A stretch of DNA of 64,000 bases from Podarcis pityusensis (Eukaryota), in NCBI GenBank assembly GCA_964106645.2, contig OZ067046.1, one strand, 5' to 3'. Below, piece by piece: positions 36,801 through 48,800 of this stretch. The translations under genes were made by a program, and so were the position numbers. Each line of letters begins with the position of its first letter. The stretch's first letter is position 1. Below the pieces are notes generated by a model. That model saw nothing but the letters and a program-made list of their open reading frames with translations. It did not search any database and had not been told where the DNA came from.

Positions 36801-39800
36801 CCCTTCATTTTTGGAGGGGAAAAAGTGCACCCTATAGGGCGAAAAATACGGTACCTCTTTCTTCTAGGAGAAAGAGATAGCCCATTCGCCCTCCACTCCC
36901 AGAAGATGGACAAGGTGGTAGTAGCCAAGAGCACCGAACCTGTCAGGCTCCATGCATTTGACTGCCTTCACCCGAGCAGGCAGGCTGCCTCTTTCCTCAT
37001 GGGGTGATTGTATTCCCTCAGAAGAAAGACGCAGCCCACCCTCCCAGGTGAAGGCAGTAGCCAAGTGTATGCTTTGCCCCAGCACCACCATCAGGCTGCC
37101 TCTGCACCACTTCACAAGGTGTACGGTGCAAGCCACCCTATCCAGCTTGCAGAACAGGGCTGCCTGATGCTGCTGGCAAGCGCTGGGCCTGGTATCAGCA
37201 TCAGGGAGCCTCTGTACCACGAAGCTGCCTTCACCTGGGTGGCTGGGCTCCATCTTTCCTCCTGGGGTCTATCACTCACAAAGCTGTTTTTCCTCAGCCA
37301 CACCCAACTGTCCCACAGCTGACACCATATGACAGCAGGTGTGAAGAACGTCAAGCTGCGGCTGCAAAGACACACTAGAGTAGTGTACTCTTGATGTGGG
37401 ACTTACATTTGTTGTCTTTGTCATTTTGTGTCAAATGCAAGCTCTGCTTTGTTCCACTTAGGTGCTATTCATGTAAATTTAGTGCTGATTTAGTGCTGAT
37501 TGTGCCTTGTTGGCGACTGGCTCCACTTAGAACTCCCAACTGGAACTTCTGAATGAAGTCATCTCTTCCAAGCGTGGCACTTGCATTTTGCACTGAATTT
37601 AAATCCACCGCCAAATGCAAGAATCACCCTTGGCAGGAATCTTTTCAGGTTGAATTCAAGCTGAGACTCTGCAAAGAAAAAAAACACATTCCTTTGCAAG
37701 CATAGCTTGAATTCATCCTGAGACCACAAAGGAGGAAGTGGATGCTCTTAAGAGTGGCTCCTGATTCCTTTGCCATGGGTTCAAAGTTAGGTCACCTGAT
37801 GTTATGTTATGTTGTTATGTTATGTTATGTTATGTTATGTGATGTCATGTGAGTGGCAGGTGGGTGATCCTGACCACCTGTCAAAAGTGGCCTGTGGAGG
37901 GTAGGGGAATTCTGGATCCAACCCACTGGCCAGTTTTGTCATAAGAGTAACCACATATTATGATCTCTTCCACACAGCTGTGCTGGAGAAGAGAGGAAAA
38001 CACACCAATAATAATTCAGCATTACATCTGAGCCTGTCATATATTTGCATATTATTCTAACAGGTAATTCAGATTTTATTTTCTACCTGGCAATCATCCA
38101 CTTTGGTTCTCATTACTCCTTTCATGTATTCTTTGTCCATGGTAGGGGAAACACCAAAACTGTTCCCCATGCATAATATTTCTGATCTTCCTTCAGGATG
38201 GGTTACTTCCACAGAACCATTCAAAATAACAGACCAGGAGTCCAGCTAAAGATGAAACATAGAGTTTGAGACATACAAACATAGGAAAACCATTTCACCT
38301 TTTTAGGTATCATTGTGTGAATTTGTTTTTCAATAAATGCTTGCAAAAGGGAAATGAAAAAAAGCGGGAAAGTACACGTATACATAATAAAAAACCACTT
38401 CACGATCCTGCAGTTTTACCAACATAAAATTTACACATGTACAGAGATTAAAGGAGATGCTGACATATCTACTGATATGCTGCCTTATTTATCAGCTACT
38501 TTTAAGGCAAAGAAGATTAAACATTGTATTTGTTTCTGCTATAAGCAGTATGGAACAGGACAGCTAACCTTTTCAGACCCATGGGTCACGTTTGAGCTTG
38601 CTAAACCATCCGAGGGCTGCGTGACACATGGCTCCTGATCTCTCAAGCTCTTTCTTGCACCTGCTTGCTCTGCTCTCTCTTCAGGATCTGCATGCAGACA
38701 GGTACACTTCGAGCACACTTTCCCCATGCCTACAACACTCACTGATATCGCACACCAAACGCTGCTATCACACACCGAACGCTGCTATCACGCACCCAAC
38801 ACTGATATCACACACCCAACGCTGATATCGCACACCCAACACTAATATCACACGACCAAACCAGACAGCACTCTATCGTTTTCACTCCTGACTCTCCTCA
38901 ACTCCTCTGATCAAAAGATGCTCTAAGCCAAGCTGGCAGTTTTAGAACACGGAGAGTGGGGCAGTTGGCAGTTATAGATCACTGCAGTTGCTGCAACTAA
39001 TTTGCATCTGATGTTATCTGTCAAACGCTGATATCACACACCCAACACTGATATCGCACACCCAACGCTGATTTCGCACACCCAACGCTGATATCGCACA
39101 TCCAATGCTGATATCACACACCCAACACTGATATCGCACACCCAACGCTGATTTCGCACACCCAACGCTGATATTGCACACCCAACGCTGATATCGCACA
39201 CCCAACGCCGATATCACACGACCAAACCAGACAGCACTCTATCGCTTTCACTCCTGACTCTCCTCAACTCCTCTGATCAAAAGATGCTCTAAGCCAAACT
39301 GGCAGTTTTAGAACACGGAGGGTGGGGCAGTTGGCAGTTATAGATCACTGCAGTTGCTGCAACTAATTTGCATCTGATGTTATCTGTCAAACTGAAGCCT
39401 TGTGGTTGTAAGGAAGGGCTTGCAAATACAGGAACATAGGAAGCTGCATACATTTAATACAATTTTTCACTGGCATAACATTCAGGCTACATTACACCCA
39501 TCTGTGATCTACTACAAACGTGAAAGTGAACTGAAGTCTAAGTCCAAGTTACATTAAGAATATTCTGTTCAGCAAATGGTTATCTGTAAGGACCGGTGCA
39601 AAAATATTTTATGGGGGGGGGGGGTTTAAGAACATAAAAAAGAAGTTTTAGATCTCTCAGGAAGGACCACTGAATTATGCAACTACTTACCTCTTCTCCA
39701 TCATTTAGAACTATGGTCCCCGCCCTTTCTACGACTGCAAACACCATCACAGCACAGAGTTCTCTCCTCACTGACATTGTCATATTAGCAAAAGCGGGTA

Positions 39801-42800
39801 ACTGATGCATGAATTCCAGGAGTTGTTCTAAAGAATAATGAACTCACTGAGTTAAACATGTATAAGCAATGACAACTACTTGATAATGAGATTTTAGGAA
39901 TATGCCATGGGATTCTAAGCTTGTATTATTCCACAATGTGTTGTGTACTGTATTTTCATTATATTCTACAGGTTTAACAAGTCATAAATCATACTACGTT
40001 TCAAGCATTTTACAACTTCCTTTTGTTTATTATATTAAAAATCTTTTTTTGTTAAAGTGTCATTTAGTAAAATTTTGGAAAATAAAATACATGTTAAAGA
40101 AACTGCAAATGCCACTAACATCTTCCTCTGCTGGGTTTCCACGGTAGCTTACCAATATCATCATCTGTCCTATCTATTGGGTCTTTCTCCAGGCAATCTC
40201 TAACAATATCCCTGCTCATTAGAGGATCAGAAGCCCTCTCAATATCCTCTTCATCATCATCATCCTCAGAATCCACTGCTGTCTCTGGTAACCCACTCAG
40301 ATCCATATCGCCAGCTTCACTCTCTGTGGCCTGAAATGATCATTAAGTATCAAGAAAAAAACATTCAGAGGCCTCTAAACACAACTCAAAACATGTACAT
40401 GAAGTGAATTTAATATTTACTCCACGGACAAGCCAAGGTTCATCTTTTCTCAGCACTTTTCCATTACCTGTGGGAAGTATATAACAGGAATTCACTGTAT
40501 TTTGGGTAAAGTAGGCACACATGGAACATACTTAAATCAAAAGCAAGATTAATATATTTGTGGGTGCTGCTTAGTCCCATTTTCAAACCCATCTAAAGTA
40601 TTACATGTTTGCGATGAAACCTAGAACACTGACATCAATTAATCACTCACTTCAGTCATGAACTCAGCAGGTGAGCACCACCAAAGGCAAAGCAGGGCTA
40701 CCAAGAAGCAAATGGGATGTTTCAACATGCTTTGGGGAGCTCTATGTTTTGTAGAAGTACAGATAATTTTCAAGAACAGAAACCTAAGAGCCTCTACCCC
40801 TACTCCATGCAAAGGAACAGCTCAATGAGGACTTGGCATGCTCACTGGCCACAGATTAATGTCTGATTGGGGCAGAAAAATTGGGGTGCTGCTGGAATGG
40901 AATAGGGTATCCTACAAGAGGACATGGATGGAACCGTGAATAGAAAAACTCCACGCTGCAGCATCTGGATGCAGGTCACATTTGTATCATAAAATTGCAA
41001 ACAGCCAGTCTATCAGATATGGGAGTTAACTTCCAGGCACTGTACGTGTACCAGAGAGGAAGAACACTATCTCCCAATTCTAATCTGCTCTGTCGATCAT
41101 ATGGAAATCAGAAAATCCAGCCAACACATGGCTTAAGGTCATTAATAGGTACCCAGAGGTGAATACATTTTATTGTTTCAGTTCTAAGATGAAACACTTA
41201 ATAAATCCCAAACATATTTGCCTGCCGTCTGAAATAAAGCTGCTTTTTCTGCAGAAGTAGATTTAATGCCACAGCATCTGCTAAGCTTCAACTGTTATGA
41301 TTTGAAGGAGATGAAGACTATTGAGAATGCTCTGTAAACCATTGCTTTCCAAACTGATGTTTACTAGACTTGGGGCTAAAATATTAAAGGTCAGATAGCA
41401 GTAGAAAAGGTCAAGTATGTTTTTTTAAAAAAATGTTAATTTGAGATATGAGATTATACGAGATGCACATGCTAGACTTTCCACAGATATTCTATCCTTA
41501 TAGAATTTTAAAAAGTTGTTTTCAATGGACAGCTGGATAAATGCTCTAGCATAAAAATTGTGGATTTGACACTCTAGCCAAGCTATTCCAAGTACTGTAC
41601 TGAAAAGACTTTTCCTACTGGAACAAATTTATCTGCCCCCCCTAAACTTTTTGTTTTAGTCTTAAGTGATAGTCCCTTTTCACTTATAGACTGCATTTAG
41701 AGGTATTAATCCATTAACCACCCAAATACACTGTGCTTTATTTCAGCCCAATGATGTGGCCATGCCAGATTTGTTCAGCTAATCTAGTATCATTTACTCT
41801 AACAGGCAACAGGTTTCCAGGACCTCAAGTATTATCTCTGGTTAAAAGCCATTTTAGCAGAAAATCTAAGGTCTATAAACCTGACCTAGTATACGGTCAC
41901 TTTCTATGTTTTTTGAGCAAACAACTTATTAGCCATGTTGAACACAAGCTATACTATTTGCATAGACTTTATCTTTAAGGATCAGAGACAGCATGCTTCT
42001 GTAAACCAGGAGGCGGCAGAAGAGGGCTTTTGCACTCACGCCCTGCTTGTGAACTTTCTATGGGCCTTGGAGCTGGCCACTGTGGGAACAGGATGCTGTG
42101 CTACAAGGGTGAGAAAAGTTTCTAGCCAGAGAGTCAAATTCTTATCCTCCCACCCCTGCTGGGCCAAATATGACAGGTGTGTGGGACTTCACAGTGCAGA
42201 ATCCTGATCGCAGGATATTTGCAGTGATCTTTGAAAGCTTTTTTGGCAAATAGCCTTGCACTGCTGTTTAAACCTCTGAAGACTGGAGTTCAAAAACACC
42301 TGTCTAGGATGCAACAGAAACACTCGTCTAGATGCACCCTAATTGAAAGCAAATATTCAAAAATTGAAATAAAGCAACAAGGCTACATCAGTTGTATAAT
42401 ACTTCCAGTGACAGATGCCTTTGCTTCCTAAGCCTAGGCTTTAATTATCAGCCACTGCTCTGTTTCAAGGAGTTCGTCAAGATTAGCTTTTGCTGTATTT
42501 GTGGACTAGAATCATACACACAACTTCAAACTGAATAAACTGTACAGGTTTATTTACTGGGGTGGAAGAATTCAAGTTCAAGCAATCTGTTTAGCATCTA
42601 GGTATGTAGTGAAATTATGTCAAATTGGAATATCACTTGTGTTAAGTTTGGCTGAATATGATGAAGTTTTTCTTTTTTTTCTTTTTTTGGGTGTATGAGT
42701 ATACTTAATCAATTGATTAAAAGCTACCTCCACAGGGTGGCCAGGTTATATGGACAGTTGATGATAATGCCATTAGGTCAGACCATGCATCAAAGTCCAA

Positions 42801-45800
42801 GAAAAAGTTATGACCACCATATGGATGCATAATTATTCAAAAATGGTTCATGGCAGCCTCTACATAAAGACCACGTTTTTTAAACTGGCACCATAACATC
42901 CATTTATTATTTTTTCAATGGGTAACAAACAAAGACGGTAAGTGCCCCTTAAATTAGTGTGGCCAGGCACCGTGGTGTACTGGTGTACTGACGGCTCTTA
43001 ACATCCAAATTGAAATCTAAATCAGGAGGTATGGTGACTGCAGCCTTTGGGCAATGTGGGGAAGGTATTGGATGTTTGGTTACCTAGTATTATCCATCCG
43101 ATTGCCACTGTCAGTATTTTTGAAGATACAATCTAGCCTTAAAGGCCAGGAATTTGTTACGGACGTAAAATTTGGGATAGCACAACATTCCAGGAAAAGC
43201 TTGAATGCTACACAATACTACTGTTTTGCAGGGCAGAGAGCAAACTGCTTACCCTGCCCCTGCAAAAGTATTAGAATTTTTCAGTATATTCAAAGGAACC
43301 TCAATGACCTCTTACAAATAATGATTGTAGGAGATTTCATATTGGCAAGTAATTCTTGTTTTAAATGGATTTGTCTTTTATGTATAACACATGACATACA
43401 ATTTTAGAAACAAACATAAATATTTAAACAGGAATATTCTCAGATTATTGCCGAAAGCATCTCAAGATTCAGCTTCATGATTTATTCAACTCAAAAGGAC
43501 GTCTATGAATATATTTTCATTGCATAGTTGCTCTTAAACCTGCAGTATTAAATACTTCATATGAAGCAAATACCGGAAAGAGTTAACTGAGCACACAACA
43601 CCACAAGTAATATTTGCAGCTACTATTTTTTACTCCATAATCAAACATAAGGTGAACCATTACTTCATTACTTTTACTCCATAATCAAACATAAGGTGAA
43701 CCATTACAACCTTCTGAGAACTACAAAAGTCTCTTATCTTCCACAATTCATTTTCTAGTTCATTTATTTGTGTCTACTAGACTATGTTAAATAACAAATG
43801 ATGGATAGTAGTTTTTATTAAGTGCTTGTTCAATTCAATAAAGTAACATACTCATCTATTTCCCAACCTATAAACAATGTCACCTGCAACAATGTGAAAA
43901 CAGAAAGTAGTCTCTAGTACAGCACCACAGAACAAAACATTACAAAGCAAAATATGCATTTTAATTTCTATTGATCACATGTCATAAACGACTACTAATT
44001 CTACATAAGCATAATACCAGCTCTCACAAATACTTTACTGCCCCCTCCTGACACTGTTGTTGCCCTTTGCTTTCAAATTACTTTCTTCCACACACTTCTC
44101 ACTGGAGGTTACTGTGGTGGTGGCCTTTGCACTTCCAGATTCTCCCTGCTTCTGCTGACCTCTCATTCAACTGCCTCCCAAATTCATTCCGCAAAAATCT
44201 GTTCCCCTTTGCATCTCATCTCTATATTTCTATCCTTTATCACCTCCTGGCCACTCTCAACTTTCCATTCAGACTCCGACAACTTCTGTACCTTCCTCCT
44301 GTGATTTCAAACTTAACATTCATTGTCTCTGTGACACAGCTGCTTCCCATCTCCTGTCCCTCATTCCTTCTATGTTTGCTTTGGGATGCATTCCCCAACA
44401 TACGACTTTGGGCATTTTCTTGTTCTCATCTTCACTTGGAAATGCTCAGCTTATGCCACAGAGTTCACCCAATCTGAGCAACACATTCTCTCCTTCGACA
44501 TGCACACTCTCTGCCTTCTGTATATTCTACTTCTTGCTCCATTTGTCACCTGCAGTCAAGTGGTGCAAGGCTTTCTTGGGAACATTGCCTACTTCTCTGC
44601 CATGTCTCCCTTATGCTCTTCAGGGGTTAAGTATAGTTCATCAACCAACTCTAGATTTGTTTGCCCCAGCTTTCTCAACTAACTACTGACCCCTCTAAAT
44701 ACCCCAGCCTTTAGCCAACATCCTCAAGTCAATCTCTTTGAGTCAAACAACACATAATGATGAATACATAGCCTTATGATGTGTGGTCATTTTTAAAACA
44801 GCTGTTGCCAGGAGGAAAGGACAATACAAGTAGGATCTTATAGTTTAGGAGGATGGTTAACCCTTTCCCCTTGCATTATATTTCTGACATACATTGCATA
44901 CCAGTTTACTGTTTCTCACCAAACTAAAGGGAAAGTTTTGCTTGGACCAAAATGCAGGTGTAAAGGGTAGATCCACCTCACACACATGGTCCTGATTTAC
45001 TCATGTAAATGAGAATTTCTGTTCATCACACAATCATGAACACAGTATCCAAAATGCACATCTTTCCTCTCATTTCCAGCTATTTTGCCTCTTAAACCTA
45101 CTTCAACCAATTTTTGCTTTCTCTTTGGTTGACTATTATGTTGTCCTTTATTACCTGCCCCATGATCCTGACTCCTGGGTGTCATTTCTTTTTATCACAA
45201 ATATCCTTCCACATATTAAATTTCTCCCCATCCTCTGGCTCTTTCCTTCCTGCATTTAAATATGCCTCTCTTTTTCACATTCTTAAAAAAATAATCTGAG
45301 CTTTACCCTTTGCTTTTGAATCTCTGGACTGTGCCACATACTTCCCTGTCTTAAATTTCTCTCAATTCCTCTCTTAGTTCCCTGTAATCTGGCTTCTACC
45401 TCTTGAACTCCACTGAAGCTACCCTCATCAAATCACTCCTCAATGCCAAATCCAAAAGGTCTTCTTCTTCTTCTCATTGGCGCCTTTGTTGCCTCTAATA
45501 CAGTTCATTACTTTTTCTGCTTCGCTCCTTTTACGTACTCTGTTTCTATGGCTCTGTTCTTAGCTGGTTTATTTCCTATCAGTCTAATTACTCGATCACT
45601 GTTTCCATAGGAAAAGTTCTTCTCTGCTGAACCTCCACAGGGAGTTATTCTCAGCCTTCTGCTATTTTCTCTAACTATACTGTCCCTTAGTGACTTCATT
45701 AAACTTTGTGGCTTTCAGTACACACTGATGACACACAACTCTACCTCTCTGTCCAATAACTTTCCTTCTACATCCAATCCTTCATTTCCAACTGCTTTTT

Positions 45801-48800
45801 GGTTTCCCTGTTTTATGTTTCATTGTTGTCTCAATACATACAGGGCTGAACTTTCCTACTGAACCTTACTGTCTTTGCACATGCTCCTTATCCATTGATA
45901 AGATTACTACCCACTTGTTGATCAGACACTTGCTGATCAGCTTTGTGTTTATCTTTAATTCCTCCATTCCATTTTATACAATCTGTTGAGTCAAGTTGCT
46001 TCTCCCGGTACAACATTATGAAAATAGCCCCTCTGACTTTTGTGCAGCAGTTTGGTTCATGCTCTAATCATCCCCCAACTTGAATTGCTACACTATTCTC
46101 CTCTCTAGCTTGCTGTTGTCACATTTAGCCCTCTCTCATCTCCATCCTCTATTTTGCTGCCAAAATCATTCATTGCTCAGACGATAAAACCACCCTTCCT
46201 AAACACCTGCACTGGCTTGCTCTTACCTTAATCATCCTTACCCTCTCTGCTACTGCTTCCATGTTGAACATTAGATTTGTTAGTGCCTCCTGGTAGAGAG
46301 TACTTTGTTATCTTGTAAAGCACCATACACATTATGGCACAATAGCATAAAGGAAATTGACTAGATACTTGCAGAATAAGGGGCACATGCACCAATCTAC
46401 TGAGTATGAAGAAAAGACTTTGAGATGACACAAGACCAATATCCATAAGTAAAACCCTAATGGGATGAAGATACTGTATTCAGGATCACTTATTCTGCAA
46501 GAAGCCTCCAAATGTAAAAGTATTGAACAATGTAGCTTTCTTTATATCTCAAGATTGTGTATTCCCTTCTTGGTTCAGCTTTTTGATTTGGTTTGTAATT
46601 TGGATGGTTCACTGCATCAGAAGAGCAAGACTAAGCAAATGCCTGGCTGCTCAATTCTGTTGTAATTCAATGCTTAATAAGGTCATCCAGATGGAGGGAG
46701 TCCCTAAAGGAAACAGGTTAAGCCACAGACCTATTGGAAACAAGGAAAACACTAGGTACCCCCTTGATTTTGGGGACAATAGGATATAAATAAGTCATGA
46801 GATTGCACTAGTTTCCTGAGTTATCATCTAGACTGAATATCTTGGCTAATGAGTGCTATATTGTAATAGTCACATGATACAGCCAAAGACTGAAGCCCTT
46901 ATATTAATATTGTTGAATCAATATACGTTTCTTAGTCTATCACTTACAATGATTTTATCTTCTGGATTTAGTTCGGCCAAAGGCTATCTTTTGCTTTGTT
47001 TTTGGTTATTCCACCTTCAAAACCCCAGTGAAAATTAAGCTGCTCTTTGAATTGCTTATTATTATTTTTAAGAAAAAAAGTATCAAAGAAGTGAGAAAGT
47101 GTGGAGAACTTCTCATGGATAGGTGCACAATTTTGTTGTTACTTTCAAGTTGGCCAAGGCACGTTTCTTAATGTTCTTTCAATCATTCTACAAATCATCT
47201 CGCTGGTACTCTATCTACCATTCTTCAACCTTCCTGTGTGTTTTCCTTTTCTGGAAACTCCTTAAATTCTCAGCTGGACTCAGCTGTGTACCTGACAACT
47301 GCTCATTGTTATGGTTTTAAGTGAAGGCCTTTTACTTTTAAATAAATCAGTGTTGAGAGACATTAAAAGGTAAAAGGAAGAACTTCCATTAAAAAGCAAA
47401 ATCAGCAAGTGAACCATGCTCAGGAATTCAGTATCCAGCCTCCCTCCCCCCCCCCACTTCATTTAAAGTTCAGTACAAAATGTTATGAGGTAATTCCTCC
47501 TATGGATCAAAAATCCCAGGCAGACAGAGAGACTGCGGAGTGCTAATAACTATTTAAAGTATAGAGAAATGTACACCAACCCATGGACACCTTGGAGCAA
47601 TAAAGTAAATTCTAAACCCTGTGCTCACCAAAAATTTCAAAAGAAATGCAAAAGTGTCCTGAGAATGGGGGGGGGGGGTGCCTCTTTTCACAGGTTTTCT
47701 GTGTGTGTGAAACTGAAAGGCAGCATTTGGCTAATGTGCCTTTGTCTGTATTTTCCAGTAAGCAACTAGGACAGGTGATCCCAAAGGATGTGATATGCAC
47801 TAATTATTTGATTCATTTTAAGGTTCACCAGTAAAAAAACACATTGGCCCTAAAAATACAGTGTTTTGCTTCCAGGAATCCCATTTGCTTCACACTCTAT
47901 TTGGGCTAGTTTCCTGTTACTGGGAGTTAGCTAGTATAGGGAAGGTTTGATCTGATAGTATATTTATTTATTTATTTTTCTGATTTGAGTTATCATCCTC
48001 ATTTAATTGTGTAACAGAGGAGCTGAAACTTCTTTATTAGTTATAACTTGCTGAAAGCTGCCAAATCACACCCTCCCCTTATGCCTCATTCATGCCAAAC
48101 ACCTAACTGATGCCAATGGTTATTTGCCTAGAATAGAGTTTTTTCCCCTAGGCAATACGAAGGCTATAGAAAGATATGGCAGAAGTGGAATCCTAGGAAC
48201 AGAAATGGTGCAGGCTAAAGGATGGAGCAAGATTGTCAATGTGAGACAGATATTTAGATAGTATAGTATATTTAGAACATATTGTTCACTGGACACCAAA
48301 CTTACCACTTGACAATTATCAGTTCAACAGAGTTGACCGGCAAACTGGCCCAATGATTTTCAAAACTTTAAACTAACCTGCAGGCTGCTTGAAACGCCCC
48401 ACAGGCACAATATGTCTAGCTGCAGATCTGCAAAGGCAGAGGAGGGAAACCCTGCTTTTTCAGGTTTTGCAGGAGCTTCACTTGAGCTTCAGGAAGTACC
48501 AGCATCACTCTCTCTGCCTACCATGGGGAGGGGAAAGCCACTTTGCAAGACCCGAACACAGGTTTTCCTCATCTGGTGTGGGGAAGCAGGGGGGGAGGAA
48601 GAAGCCTATTTTACAAGCACCATTAAACTCAAGAGATGCCTGTTTCACAGCAGATCAGAAAGCAGAAGGGAAAACCCTGTTTTTTAATTCCACTGTGAAA
48701 AGGGGTTCTCTTGAAGACACATTGCTTGTAAAATACCAGCATCTGTCTCTCCAGCCCCTGAAATGGCTTAAAGCGGCAAAGTGCTGTTAGAACCAGCCAC

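Noticed and set aside
36066-37322. Cluster of long overlapping ORFs (up to 285 aa)
   Set aside because: They arise from stop-poor GC-rich MITE interiors; I recognise no transposase or other domain.
38735-39218. Regularly spaced 20-bp repeats resembling a CRISPR array
   Set aside because: Units are directly tandem with no unique spacers, in a vertebrate intron with no cas genes; this is a minisatellite.
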